The notes beneath the pieces are model-generated. The model was not told where the DNA came from, ran no database searches, and saw nothing but the letters and a program-made list of their open reading frames with translations. A DNA stretch of 64,000 nt from Alphaproteobacteria bacterium. GTDB taxonomy: Bacteria; Pseudomonadota; Alphaproteobacteria; JAJTHO01; CANGYM01. The stretch lies in the NCBI GenBank assembly GCA_044375675.1, contig JBILMD010000001.1:126396-190395 (forward strand). Reading direction: 5' to 3'. The position numbers and the translations under genes were made by a program. This document shows, in pieces, positions 48,052-58,615 of the stretch (the stretch's first letter is position 1; each line of letters begins with the position of its first letter).

Positions 48052-49602
48052 TTGTTTAAGCACGAGATCCACCCCATGGTCCCAGCCAACCCCGCGCACC
48101 AAGACGAATCCATCGCCATGGGCGATTGGCGGCGTTTGTTTTTGGCCTTCAGCCCCACGGGCGAACCCTATACCACCAAAGGGGATATTCTCAGCATCCT
48201 GTCCAAAAACGGCATTCATAAAAAAGATAACCGTATTCAGGATTTGATTGAGGCCCTAGAGGCCTACACCACAAAAGAGCCCATAGATTTTGAAACCTTC
48301 CGATCCTTGGCCGGACGTCATGTCTATTTGCTGCAACGCGCGGCGCAGGGCGGCTTTATTATCCCTGATTTTTCAGGATTTACGGATCATATTGCCCAGA
48401 TTTATCAGGATCTTTTGTCCATCAACACTGGCGATGTGGCCCGTTATATCCCCCAACTGGCCAGAGTGGACCCCAAATATCTGGGCATCAGCGTTTGCAC
48501 AGTGGATGGACAAACGTTTGATATTGGGGATACGGATGTGGGTTTTTGTGTGCAATCCACCTGCAAACCCGTGACCTATTGCATTGCGCTGGAGGACGTT
48601 GGCGAAGACACAGTCCACGCCCACGTGGGCCGCGAACCCAGCGGGCAAAATTTTAACGCCATTACACTCAACAGCAAAAACCTGCCCCATAACCCCATGA
48701 TCAACGCGGGATCCATGGTGTGTGCATCCCTGATTCGCCCCCAACAACCGCTGGCGGATCGTTTTGATGCCATTTTATCCGTCTGGCAAAGGTTGTGCGG
48801 CGGCGTGCGCCCGGGATTCAACAGCTCGGTGTATCATTCTGAAAAGGAAACAGCCGACCGCAACTTTGCACTGGCGTATTTTTTAAAGGAAGTGGGGGCC
48901 TTCCCCAGCGGCACAGATATTCATCAAACCTTGGATCTGTATTTTCAGTGTTGCTCTATTGAGGTCACAACCAAAGCCATGGCCACCCTGGCCGCAACCT
49001 TTGCCGGCGCAGGTGTGTGCCCCATGACGGGGGAGCGCGTGCTGTCCCCAGCATCCGTAAAACATGGCTTATCCCTGATGTTATCCTGCGGCATGTATAA
49101 TTTTTCGGGGGAATTTGCCTTTACTGTGGGCTTGCCAGCAAAATCGGGGATTTCCGGCGTGATTATGCTGGTGGTGCCGGGGGTAATGGGCATCACCATT
49201 TGGTCCCCCCGTCTGGACCCTTTGGGCAACAGCGTGCGGGGGGTGGCATTTTGCGAAAAGCTGGTGTCGCTTTACAATTTCCATAATTTTGACGGGGTGG
49301 GGCCCGCGTCCGAAAAAACGGATCCCCGTCTGCACGCCCATCAGGAAAAACAATACTTGGCCCTTTCCCTGATTCTGGCCAGCAGCCAAGGGGATCTGGA
49401 CGAGGTCAAACGCCTGATGGCCCGCGGGGCATCCCCCAATGTTCCCGATTATGATGGACGCACGGCCCTGCATTTGGCCGCGGCAGAGGGACGGCAAGAG
49501 GTCGCCCGTTATCTGTGCCGTCTGGGGGCCAGTTTGGATGTGCGGGATCGTTTTGGGCGCACCCCGCGCGAAGAAGCCGCTGCTTCGGGAATCACCCTGT
49601 GA
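48052..49602 (+). CDS. glsA: Eukaryote-type (kidney-type) glutaminase: EF-hand-like N-domain, glutaminase domain, C-terminal ankyrin repeats
   Basis: [13 protein letters not shown]...[25 protein letters not shown]...[15 protein letters not shown] parallels my memory of human GLS (FVIPDFMSFTSHI...[25 protein letters not shown]). C-terminal ANK repeats ([13 protein letters not shown]...). Confidence 0.85.
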   Translation: [516 protein letters not shown]

Positions 49603-50306
49603 AGCCCCGCCACGTGGCCATCATCATGGACGGCAATGGCCGATGGGCTCAGGCCCGTGACCTGCCCCGCAGCCATGGCCATCGGGCGGGCCAAGACGCC
49701 GTCAAAAAAGCCGTCACCTACGCCGCCGAAGTGGGTATCCCCTATCTTACGCTTTATTCCTTTTCCGAAGAAAACTGGCACCGCCCGCCCGAGGAAATCG
49801 AGGCCCTGATGACCCTGCTGGTGCAGGCCCTGAGCACCGAAACAAACTGGATGGTCCGCAACGGGATTCGCCTGAACATCATCGGCGCCACGCACAAATT
49901 TTCCCAAACCGTGCAGCAATCCTTGAACCATGCCATGGCAGAAACGGCAACCGGAACACGCCTGACCCTCACCCTTGCCCTCAGCTATGGGGGTCGGCAG
50001 GACATTTTGCAGGCTGTGGAAACCATCGTTAACGAAAACAAAAATGCTGCACTGACGCAGGATTTTTTTGCGCAGCATTTATACACCAAAACCCTGCCCG
50101 ATCCCGATATCATCCTGCGCACGGGCGGGGAATACCGGCTGAGTAATTTTTTGCTGTGGCAATCGGCTTATAGCGAGCTGATCTTTATGGATGTGCTGTG
50201 GCCGGATTTTTCTGAGGATCAGTTTGCAGAGGCCCTGACCCTTTTTGCCGGTCGCCAGCGACGCTATGGCCGCGCGGATGCATCACCGCCGGAGGCCACC
50301 CCATGA
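49599..50306 (+). CDS. uppS: Undecaprenyl-diphosphate synthase (GTG start overlapping the glsA stop)
   Basis: PRHVAIIMDGNGRWA...LTLYSFSEENWHRP...LWQSAYSEL. Confidence 0.9.
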   Translation: MKPRHVAIIMDGNGRWAQARDLPRSHGHRAGQDAVKKAVTYAAEVGIPYLTLYSFSEENWHRPPEEIEALMTLLVQALSTETNWMVRNGIRLNIIGATHKFSQTVQQSLNHAMAETATGTRLTLTLALSYGGRQDILQAVETIVNENKNAALTQDFFAQHLYTKTLPDPDIILRTGGEYRLSNFLLWQSAYSELIFMDVLWPDFSEDQFAEALTLFAGRQRRYGRADASPPEATP

Positions 50307-50911
50307 AGGATCGTCTGCTGGTGGCGCTGGTGTTAATGGGGATTGTGGTGGGGGCGTTTGCTTTGCACGTGTTTTTTCTGTTGCCGCTCTTGGTGTGCGC
50401 CTTGGGGTTTTGGGAATGGTTGCCGTTATCCAAAAACCCGTCTTGTGCCCCGTGGCTGCGTACTGCGGTTCCGGTGGTGTTTTTTGTGATTCCCGCTGTG
50501 AGTTTTTTGGGGCTGGGGGATGCGCAGGCATTGGTGTTGGTGATTGTGGTGGCCCTGACCGATACTTTGGCATATCTCGTGGGTCGTCGGTATGGCCGCC
50601 GTAAATTGGCCCCCAGCATCAGCCCAGGCAAAACGTGGGAGGGGTTTTTGGGGGCGATTGTCTTGGCCCCCACAGTCGTGGCGCTGGGCCTAACCCTTTT
50701 TCAGGGGCCGCCGCTTTTTGCCTTTTCCAGTCTGGTGATTCTGGCCCTTTTATCCCAAATGGGCGATTTGATGGAATCAAAACTCAAACGTCATCTGAAC
50801 ATTAAGGACACAGGGACCTTGCTGCGGGGGCACGGCGGCATTATGGACCGCGTGGATGGATTCATTCTGGCCGCGCCGATGGCGTGGCTGTTGTCGGGTG
50901 TTTTATCATGA
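50303..50911 (+). CDS. cdsA: Phosphatidate cytidylyltransferase (short form)
   Basis: C-terminal CdsA signature SPGKTWEGFLG...DTGTLLRGHGGIMDRVDG. Confidence 0.8.
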   Translation: MKDRLLVALVLMGIVVGAFALHVFFLLPLLVCALGFWEWLPLSKNPSCAPWLRTAVPVVFFVIPAVSFLGLGDAQALVLVIVVALTDTLAYLVGRRYGRRKLAPSISPGKTWEGFLGAIVLAPTVVALGLTLFQGPPLFAFSSLVILALLSQMGDLMESKLKRHLNIKDTGTLLRGHGGIMDRVDGFILAAPMAWLLSGVLS

Positions 50912-52053
50912 CGATAAAAAAACGTGTCACCATACTCGGATCCACAGGATCCGTGGGACAAACCGCGCTGCGGTTGATGGCGGATCACCCTGATGATTTC
51001 GACATCTTCGCCCTGGTGGCGGACAGCAACGTTGACCTTTTGGCCCAAGACGCCCGCCGCTTTGGGGCGACATTTGCCGTTTTGGCCGATCCCCTGCGGT
51101 ATAATGATTTGAAAAACGCCTTGGCCGGATCCCCCGTTCAAGGGGTTTGCGGGGATGCCGCCATTGCCCAAATCTGCGCGGAACCCGTTGATATTGTCAT
51201 TGCGGCCATTTCGGGATCTGCGGGCTTGGTGCCCACGTACACGGCCTGTCAGAATGCCCGCGTGGTGGGGATTGCCAACAAAGAATCCCTGGTTTGCGCC
51301 GGATCATGGATTATGGAATCCGCGGCGCGTCGGGGCGCGCGCATTGCGCCGCTGGATTCGGAACATCACGCCCTGTCCTGTTTGCTGCGGGGGGTGCCCG
51401 CGGATCAAGTGAAAACCCTTGTGTTGACGGCCTCGGGCGGCCCCTTTCGCACCCGCCAAGACCTGCGCCATGTCACCCCTGCAGAGGCCCTGCGCCACCC
51501 CACGTGGTCCATGGGGAAAAAAATTTCTGTGGATTCCGCAACCTTGATGAACAAGGGGCTGGAGCTGATCGAGGCCTGCATTCTGTTTGGTGTTGAGGAA
51601 TCCCGCATAGAAACCCTGATTCATCCCGAATCCATCGTTCATGGTCTGGTGACGTGCAAAAACGGCGGGACGCTGGCCCATCTGGCCCCTGCCGATATGC
51701 GCTATCCTTTGCGGGATGCGTTGTTTGATGAACAGCGGGACCTTTTGGCGCCCTTATCCTTTCAACAGGGACTCAGCCTGACTTTTGAACCGGTGGATCA
51801 CAAACGCTTTCCCGCCATCACGCTGGCGCGGGCCGCTTACCGCGAAGGTCAGGCCGCCTGTATCGTTTTGAATGCCGCCAACGAATGCGCGGTGCAGGCG
51901 TTTTTAGAGGGAAACCTGAGTTTTCTGGGCATTTCCAGCGCAGTGGAAGAGGCCCTGACCCGCCACCACACGCAAACCATCACAACGCTTCAGGATGTTC
52001 TTGCATTGGATCAGGAAGTCAGGCAGACTGCAAAAAAAACCCCGTTTAGGTGA
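50908..52053 (+). CDS. dxr: 1-deoxy-D-xylulose 5-phosphate reductoisomerase
   Basis: VTILGSTGSVGQTAL...PLDSEHHAL. Confidence 0.95.
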   Translation: MTIKKRVTILGSTGSVGQTALRLMADHPDDFDIFALVADSNVDLLAQDARRFGATFAVLADPLRYNDLKNALAGSPVQGVCGDAAIAQICAEPVDIVIAAISGSAGLVPTYTACQNARVVGIANKESLVCAGSWIMESAARRGARIAPLDSEHHALSCLLRGVPADQVKTLVLTASGGPFRTRQDLRHVTPAEALRHPTWSMGKKISVDSATLMNKGLELIEACILFGVEESRIETLIHPESIVHGLVTCKNGGTLAHLAPADMRYPLRDALFDEQRDLLAPLSFQQGLSLTFEPVDHKRFPAITLARAAYREGQAACIVLNAANECAVQAFLEGNLSFLGISSAVEEALTRHHTQTITTLQDVLALDQEVRQTAKKTPFR

Positions 52054-52060
52054 TCGGACT

Positions 52061-53167
52061 ATGGACTTTTTGCTGCAATACGATGCGATTGCGTTTATTT
52101 TGGTTCTAACCTCCCTGATTTATGTGCACGAGCTGGGACATTATGTCGTGGCCCGTATGAACGGCGTTCGGGTCGAGGTCTTTTCCATAGGCTTTGGCCC
52201 CGAAATTTACGGATGGCGCAACAAACATGGCACCCACTGGAAAATTTCCCTGATACCCTTTGGCGGGTATGTCAAAATGTTCGGGGATACCAACATTGCC
52301 AGTGCCCCCATGGGTACGGACGATGGCATGACGGCCGAGGAAAAAAAGGTCGCCTTTCCCTATAAAAAACTTCACCAACGGGCCGCTGTGGTGGCCGCCG
52401 GACCCATTGCCAATTTTTTGTTTGCCATTGTTGTGTTTGTGGGCGTTTACGCCACGCTGGGTCAGGTATATGCCCCCCCCGTGGTGGGTGATTTTACCGA
52501 TGATTCCGCCGCCAAGGGCCATCTTCAGGTGGGAGACCGCATTGTGTCCATCAATGGTAAGGCCATTGAAAGCTTCTCTGACATCCAGAACATGACCCGT
52601 CTTTATGATCGGCCAGAGCCCATGATCATTACCTATGAACGTCAGGGCGTTCAAAACACCGTGTCCATCCAACCGCGACGCGAAAAAATCACCGACAATC
52701 TGGGCCAAACTAGCCAGATTGCCCTTTTGGGCATCACCACCAACGAAAGCGACCTCAGGGATTTACCCTTGCATCGGGCCGTTCCTGCCGCCTTCGAGGA
52801 TACATGGGCCATCGTCACAGGCACCATGACGGGGTTATGGCAAACCATCACCGGCGTGCGTTCGGTCAAGGAACTGGGTGGCCCCGTTCAAATTTATCGC
52901 ATTTCTGAAAAGGTGGGCGAGCAAGGCATCATCGCTTTGGTTATTTTTGCGGCACACCTATCCATCAGCCTTGGCCTGATCAATTTGCTTCCGGTACCCG
53001 CCTTGGACGGCGGCCATTTGGTGTTTTATTTTTTTGAGGCCCTTTTGGGAAAACCCCTGCCCCAAAAAGCCCAAGAAATCGGGGCCTTCGCCGGCGTCGC
53101 CATGATTTTGATGCTGGTGGTTGTGGTCACTTGGCATGATGTCCAGAGGATTCTGCAAGCCGGATAA
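52061..53167 (+). CDS. rseP: RIP zinc metalloprotease RseP (site-2 protease)
   Basis: HELGHYVVAR HExxH motif, a PDZ-like middle domain, C-terminal TM helices. Confidence 0.9.
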   Translation: MDFLLQYDAIAFILVLTSLIYVHELGHYVVARMNGVRVEVFSIGFGPEIYGWRNKHGTHWKISLIPFGGYVKMFGDTNIASAPMGTDDGMTAEEKKVAFPYKKLHQRAAVVAAGPIANFLFAIVVFVGVYATLGQVYAPPVVGDFTDDSAAKGHLQVGDRIVSINGKAIESFSDIQNMTRLYDRPEPMIITYERQGVQNTVSIQPRREKITDNLGQTSQIALLGITTNESDLRDLPLHRAVPAAFEDTWAIVTGTMTGLWQTITGVRSVKELGGPVQIYRISEKVGEQGIIALVIFAAHLSISLGLINLLPVPALDGGHLVFYFFEALLGKPLPQKAQEIGAFAGVAMILMLVVVVTWHDVQRILQAG

Positions 53168-53304
53168 AGGTTTGCCCATCCAGTGTGGCCCAAGGGCAAC
53201 AGGGGGCGCCTTCTCTCCCACCCATGATGTTTTCGGGGTAGACCGGTTTCCTTGGGGATGGTAAACCCATAGCCGTGGATTGTGTTTTGAAACGGAGTTA
53301 TGGG

Positions 53305-55581
53305 ATGCCTGTGCGATTTGTTTTTTGCTTTCTGGTGTTGGTTGCTTTTTGGGCGACATCAGCCACAGCCGCAACGGTCAAATCCATCACTGTTAAGGGC
53401 AACGAACGCATTCAGGAATCCACCATTCGCGCCTATATCCCCCTGCAAACGGGGCAGCCTTTCAACCAGTCCGATATGGATCGCGCCCTGAAAGAACTCT
53501 ATGAAACCGGCCTGTTTTCGGATGTGAACATCACGGATGACCAGGGCAACCTTCGTGTCGTTGTTTCCGAAAACCCCATTTTGAACGAGGTTGTTTTCGA
53601 AGGGAATGACGCCCTGTCCGATGATGTCATCAAACAAGAGCTCACCCTGAAATCCCGTGATGTGATCACCGCAGGGAAGGTGAAGCAAGATGTGGACCGG
53701 CTGCAAAAACTGTATCAGCGCAAAGGTTTTTATGGCGCCCAGATCGAGGCCGAGTATATCAAAAAAGACCAAAATCGCGTGGACTTGGTGTTAACCTTTA
53801 ACGAGGGGACAAAAACCACAATTTCCCGCATTACCTTTGTGGGCAATCGTTTTTTTAGCCAAGACACCTTGCGCTCTGTGATCACATCACGGGAATCGGC
53901 GTGGTATCAGTTTCTTTCCAGCACGGACATTTATGATCCGGACTTGGTGACCTATGACGAACAACAATTGACCCAGCATTACCGCAACAACGGGTTTATG
54001 GATTTCCGCGTCACATCCGTGGATGCCACGTTATCCAAAGACCGAAAGCAATTTTCGCTGACCTTTTTTATTGAGGAAGGCACACGCTACACCATTGGCA
54101 ACGTTGATTTTAAAAGCGTGTTTAAGGATATCACCCCCGATGACCTGAAACCCCTTCTGGTTTTTGAATCCGGCGATGTTTTTCGCCAGAAAGATATTGA
54201 TGCCTCTGAATCCGCTTTGGTGGATTTTTTGGGGTCCCGCGGCTATGCCTTTGTGGATATTGATCCTATGTTTGCCCCCCGAGACGTTAATAAAGAGACC
54301 GGTGAAGGGGTGGTGGATGTGACCTTCTCCCTGAAAGAGGGGCGCCGTGTCTATATCGAACAGATCAACATCATTGGAAACGTGCGCACATTGGACAAAG
54401 TCGTGCGCAGAGAATTAACCTTTGCCGAAGGGGACCCCTACAACGCCATCAAAATTCGTGAATCGGAAAAAAACATCCGTAACTTGGGGTACTTTAAAAC
54501 CGTTAAGTTTGATATTAAAGAGGGCTCCACCCCCGATCAAAGCATCATTAACATTGAAATTATGGAACAACCCACAGGGGAGCTGTCTCTGGGTGCCGGT
54601 TTTTCATCCACAGAATCCGTATTGGCGGATATTCGGTTAAGAGAGCGGAATTTTTTGGGGCGGGGACAGGATGTTCGGGCCTCAGCCTCTTTGTCCGGCA
54701 AGCGGCAACAGGTGGATTTGGGGATTGCCGACCCGTATTTTCTGGATCGTAAACTTTACGGCGGACTGGATTTCCAAAACTTGGTTCGTGACTTTCAGGA
54801 CGAAAGCTCCTACGACGAAGAACGCTTGGGCGGCCGTGCCACCTTGGGGTTTGATCTGGGGCCGGATTTAAACCAGCGCGTATTTTATTTTGCCAACAAT
54901 GTCAAAATCAGCGATGTCGATGAGGATGCCTCTCGGTTCATCAAGGATCAAGAAGGGGAATTTCTAACCTCAGGCGTGGGAACCCGCTTTACCTATGACA
55001 AACGGGACAACCGCATTGAACCCAGCGAAGGGTATATGACCTATTATGAAGCCAACTTTGCCGGTGTTGGCGGCGATGTGGATTATTTGCGCAATGAAAT
55101 TGGGGCGGTGAAATACTGGCCCCTTTATGAAAAAGACTGGGTGCTCAGCACCGAGGCCGACACAGGGTATGTGTTTGATTATTCCGGCGGTGATGTGCGC
55201 ATCAATGACCGATTTTTTCTGGGTGGCGGCCGTTTGCGGGGGTTTGAATTGGCGGGTATTGGTCCCAGAGACAGCACCACAGAGGATGCCCTGGGGGGAC
55301 AATATTACGCACGGACATCTGCAGAATTGCGCTTTCCCTTGGGATTGCCTGAGGAACTGGGCCTGAGCGGGGTTTCCTTTATCGATGCAGGGGTTTTAAG
55401 TGACGCCGTGGATCAGGGGCCCGAGGTTCAGGACGATAACAGCATCCGCGCGTCAGGTGGCGTGGGATTGGCGTGGCGCTCTCCTTTTGGTCCCGTCAGC
55501 ATTGATTATGCCATTCCCTTTGCCAAAGAAGATTACGACCAGGAAGACCGTTTCCGCTTTAATTTTGGCACCCAGTTTTAG
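53305..55581 (+). CDS. bamA: Outer-membrane protein assembly factor BamA
   Basis: Signal peptide, POTRA repeats (SITVKGNERIQESTIRAYIP...), and a C-terminal beta-barrel ending ...RFRFNFGTQF. Confidence 0.95.
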   Translation: MPVRFVFCFLVLVAFWATSATAATVKSITVKGNERIQESTIRAYIPLQTGQPFNQSDMDRALKELYETGLFSDVNITDDQGNLRVVVSENPILNEVVFEGNDALSDDVIKQELTLKSRDVITAGKVKQDVDRLQKLYQRKGFYGAQIEAEYIKKDQNRVDLVLTFNEGTKTTISRITFVGNRFFSQDTLRSVITSRESAWYQFLSSTDIYDPDLVTYDEQQLTQHYRNNGFMDFRVTSVDATLSKDRKQFSLTFFIEEGTRYTIGNVDFKSVFKDITPDDLKPLLVFESGDVFRQKDIDASESALVDFLGSRGYAFVDIDPMFAPRDVNKETGEGVVDVTFSLKEGRRVYIEQINIIGNVRTLDKVVRRELTFAEGDPYNAIKIRESEKNIRNLGYFKTVKFDIKEGSTPDQSIINIEIMEQPTGELSLGAGFSSTESVLADIRLRERNFLGRGQDVRASASLSGKRQQVDLGIADPYFLDRKLYGGLDFQNLVRDFQDESSYDEERLGGRATLGFDLGPDLNQRVFYFANNVKISDVDEDASRFIKDQEGEFLTSGVGTRFTYDKRDNRIEPSEGYMTYYEANFAGVGGDVDYLRNEIGAVKYWPLYEKDWVLSTEADTGYVFDYSGGDVRINDRFFLGGGRLRGFELAGIGPRDSTTEDALGGQYYARTSAELRFPLGLPEELGLSGVSFIDAGVLSDAVDQGPEVQDDNSIRASGGVGLAWRSPFGPVSIDYAIPFAKEDYDQEDRFRFNFGTQF

Positions 55582-55838
55582 GGCATCCTGCTTAATTTTC
55601 GAATGGCCTCCTCTAACGGCCCCCTTGGGCTGGCTTTCTGTTCACAAAACAGGAAACAGATCCTCCTGCTCCTCACTTTTGAATACCCTTTTTTTGTGGC
55701 CCCACCCCCGCTACACCCCCTAAGAGTGTTGATGTCTTTTTTTAAGAATCACCCAACCCTTAACGGTTTTTTAAGGAAACTTCGTTCATGATACGAGCAA
55801 GAAACAAAAAAGATCCAAAAAAAAAGATGTGACGCGCC

Positions 55839-57299
55839 ATGAAAAAAAGTGTTGTACTTTTGGGGTTCTATCTGTGGGGGGCGCATAGTGCCAACGCGGA
55901 ATCCTTGGATGGTTTTTTTCAGGATCAGGCACCTGCCCAGCAACCTGCTTCCCAAGACACCCCCAGCGACGATACCCCGAAAACTGTGGCCAATAACGGC
56001 CCCACGGTGATCAAGCCGCAAGTTTTGTATTTGGAGGATTTAAATCCCCCTGAAAAACCCAAAGTCAACCCGCCCGCAGCCACATCTACCCCCGCGGCCA
56101 GCCTAGAGGCAAAAGCGAAAACGCCCTCCGCGGCTGAGCCCTCAGCCACCCCCGTGGCCTTGCCACCCCCCCCCCTTACCCCCGCCAAACCAACGGCAGG
56201 GGCGGCCTCTGGTGCAGGAAAAATCAAAAAAGAGCCTTTGCCCAAATCCACTGCGCAGACCCCAAAAGCCGCCCCTGTGGCCCCTGCTGCCGCTGCGGCC
56301 GCCGCCCCAACGCAGGCCCCCGTTGTACAAAAATCATTCATTCAGAGCCGATCCACACGGGCAGAAGAGACACAAAACAATCTTCCCGAATCTTCCCAAA
56401 CCCTGTCGTCTTTTCAGGAACAGCATCAGGGACAATACGCCCCGTTTGCCACGCAAACCTCTCGTCAGCAGGCCGCCCACAGTCTGGTGACACAGGCCAA
56501 AAACGAAGGCCGCACGTATCCCGCCGGTCTTGATCCCTTTGTTATTGAATTTGACCAGACTTTCGCTGTTTTATCCCCCAACCGCGCCATTCGGGATCTG
56601 TACAAAACCGCCACCATCACGCTACCCACTGTGGAAGATCCGTCCCCATTGTCCTTTAACGCCACCCCCACGATGCCCGCCGCCCCTGTGGTGACCCTTG
56701 CGACGCCTGCGCCAATTCAGGCCGTCACAGCCCCCGAAACTGAAACAGAAAAAACCCCTGATATCCAGATGTCTCCCCAGCCCGTGGTTGACGCAGTGCC
56801 CGAAACACCCCAAAAACCCATGGAATCAACCAAAGAGGTTGCCGCCCTGGCCCCCGAAACCCCAAACACCCTTGTCTTAGAGGACACCGCCCCGACCAGA
56901 ACCGAAACGCCCCGTCTGGCGGACCGCGAAGGCCCCACGACCTTGGCCACGGTTATGGTGCCAGAAACGGCGGAAATGCTGGATAATAAAACAAAAGCCC
57001 TGCTGGATCAGGTGGCCGCCGCGTATCATGACGGCAGCCTCAGGGTCATTCAGATTACCGGATACGTCAACACCCGCTCTGGCCAAAATGAAGATGTTCG
57101 GGGCTATACCCACATTCAATCCTTGGGTCGCCGCGGTGCTGCCTTGGTGGTGGATTATTTAAAGGGGAAAAACGTCCCTGAATCCGCCATGGCCTACCGC
57201 ATTATCCCCACCAGCACCATTGCACTTCAGAATCCGTTTTATGCCTCTCTTTCCACCGAAAACACCCTGCGGCTGGATATTGTGGGCGGGCGGTCGTAA
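55839..57299 (+). CDS. Secreted Pro/Ala-rich protein with a C-terminal OmpA-like domain
   Basis: Signal peptide, roughly 350 aa of low-complexity P/A/T-rich sequence, then an OmpA-C-like tail (SLGRRGAALVVDYLKGKNVPESAM). Contains a C9 tract. Confidence 0.6.
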   Translation: MKKSVVLLGFYLWGAHSANAESLDGFFQDQAPAQQPASQDTPSDDTPKTVANNGPTVIKPQVLYLEDLNPPEKPKVNPPAATSTPAASLEAKAKTPSAAEPSATPVALPPPPLTPAKPTAGAASGAGKIKKEPLPKSTAQTPKAAPVAPAAAAAAAPTQAPVVQKSFIQSRSTRAEETQNNLPESSQTLSSFQEQHQGQYAPFATQTSRQQAAHSLVTQAKNEGRTYPAGLDPFVIEFDQTFAVLSPNRAIRDLYKTATITLPTVEDPSPLSFNATPTMPAAPVVTLATPAPIQAVTAPETETEKTPDIQMSPQPVVDAVPETPQKPMESTKEVAALAPETPNTLVLEDTAPTRTETPRLADREGPTTLATVMVPETAEMLDNKTKALLDQVAAAYHDGSLRVIQITGYVNTRSGQNEDVRGYTHIQSLGRRGAALVVDYLKGKNVPESAMAYRIIPTSTIALQNPFYASLSTENTLRLDIVGGRS

Positions 57300-57304
57300 A
57301 AACT

Positions 57305-57727
57305 TTACCCCCTCGGATCCCACCAATCCGGTGCGATTTCCCTTAAGGGGCCGGTGACAAAGGGACGCTCGTGCAGCAGCGGGTGGGGAATCGTTAAATC
57401 AGGGTCCGATACCATCAACTGTCCGTAATACAAAATATCAATGTCCAGCGTGCGGGGGCCATTGGGGGATGTGCGGCGGCGGCCGGCCTGATGTTCCAGC
57501 TGTTGACACGCCCAAAGCAGGGCACGCGGGCCCAACGTAGTTTCCCCCCGCACAACGGCGTTGAGAAATCGGGGCTGGTTCACATCATACATGGGATCCG
57601 TGTCCCAGAAAGAGGACACCTGAACGTTGGTGCAAAAATGCCGGATGCTACGCACAGCACCGTTCAAATAGGCCTCGCGGTCCCCCTGATTGCTGCCCAG
57701 ACCCAAAAAAACCGTAACGGGCGTCAT
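57305..57727 (-). CDS. folK: 6-hydroxymethyl-7,8-dihydropterin pyrophosphokinase
   Basis: VFLGLGSNQGDRE...GPRTLDIDILYYG. Confidence 0.9.
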   Translation of the reverse strand: MTPVTVFLGLGSNQGDREAYLNGAVRSIRHFCTNVQVSSFWDTDPMYDVNQPRFLNAVVRGETTLGPRALLWACQQLEHQAGRRRTSPNGPRTLDIDILYYGQLMVSDPDLTIPHPLLHERPFVTGPLREIAPDWWDPRG

Positions 57728-58473
57728 ACCGTAAAAATTTCATGCCCGCTGGCGGTCACGCCCAAAGTGTGTTCAAACTGCGCCGATAACTTACGATCCT
57801 GCGTAATGGCTGTCCAGCCATCGGATAACACTTTCACCCGCCACGTGCCGACGTTGATCATGGGCTCGATGGTGAAAAACATGCCTTCTTCCAGACGAAC
57901 GCCCTCGCCTTTGCGGCCATAATGCAAAACACTGGGGGCATCGTGAAACACCTTTCCGATCCCGTGCCCGCAAAAATCCCGCACCACAGAAAAGCCAAAG
58001 GACTCTGCGTAGGACTGAATGGCATACCCAATATCCCCCAAATGCGCCCCGGGTTTGACCTGATCGATGCCGCGCATCAGGCATTCGTACGTGACCTCCA
58101 CCAATTTTCGCGCCTGCCCCTTGGGCTTTCCCACCATGTACATCCGCGAGGTATCCCCATACCACCCATCCACAATCACCGTCACATCAATGTTGATAAT
58201 ATCGCCATTGTTCAAAACTTTATCGGCTGATGGGATCCCATGGCACACGACATGATTGACCGATGTACAAATGGATTTGGGAAACCCTTTGTAATTTAGG
58301 GGGGCGGGGATGGCCCCGCGCTGAACAATATAATCATGACACAGCCCATTCAGGCGTTCCGTGGACACCCCCTCATCCACAAAATCCCCAATATAATCCA
58401 ACACCCGCGCCGCCAGATGGCCCGCGCGGCGCATGCCCTCAAAATCCTCAGGGCTGTGATAGTTTATCACCAT
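57724..58473 (-). CDS. map: Methionine aminopeptidase type I
   Basis: Conserved metal-ligand context (DIINIDVTV...DGWYGDTS...HGIGK...FTIEPMI). Confidence 0.95.
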   Translation of the reverse strand: MVINYHSPEDFEGMRRAGHLAARVLDYIGDFVDEGVSTERLNGLCHDYIVQRGAIPAPLNYKGFPKSICTSVNHVVCHGIPSADKVLNNGDIINIDVTVIVDGWYGDTSRMYMVGKPKGQARKLVEVTYECLMRGIDQVKPGAHLGDIGYAIQSYAESFGFSVVRDFCGHGIGKVFHDAPSVLHYGRKGEGVRLEEGMFFTIEPMINVGTWRVKVLSDGWTAITQDRKLSAQFEHTLGVTASGHEIFTV

Positions 58474-58615
58474 AACCGTCCTAACATTAAACCGATACCC
58501 TAAGGCTACACGATCCCTCTTGATTTTGCAAAGGCGCGTGTTTTAATGGGCCTTGGGTATGGGAACATTCATGCCTATCACAAACAACCCTGATTTTTTT
58601 GGGAGCTTTCCTTTT

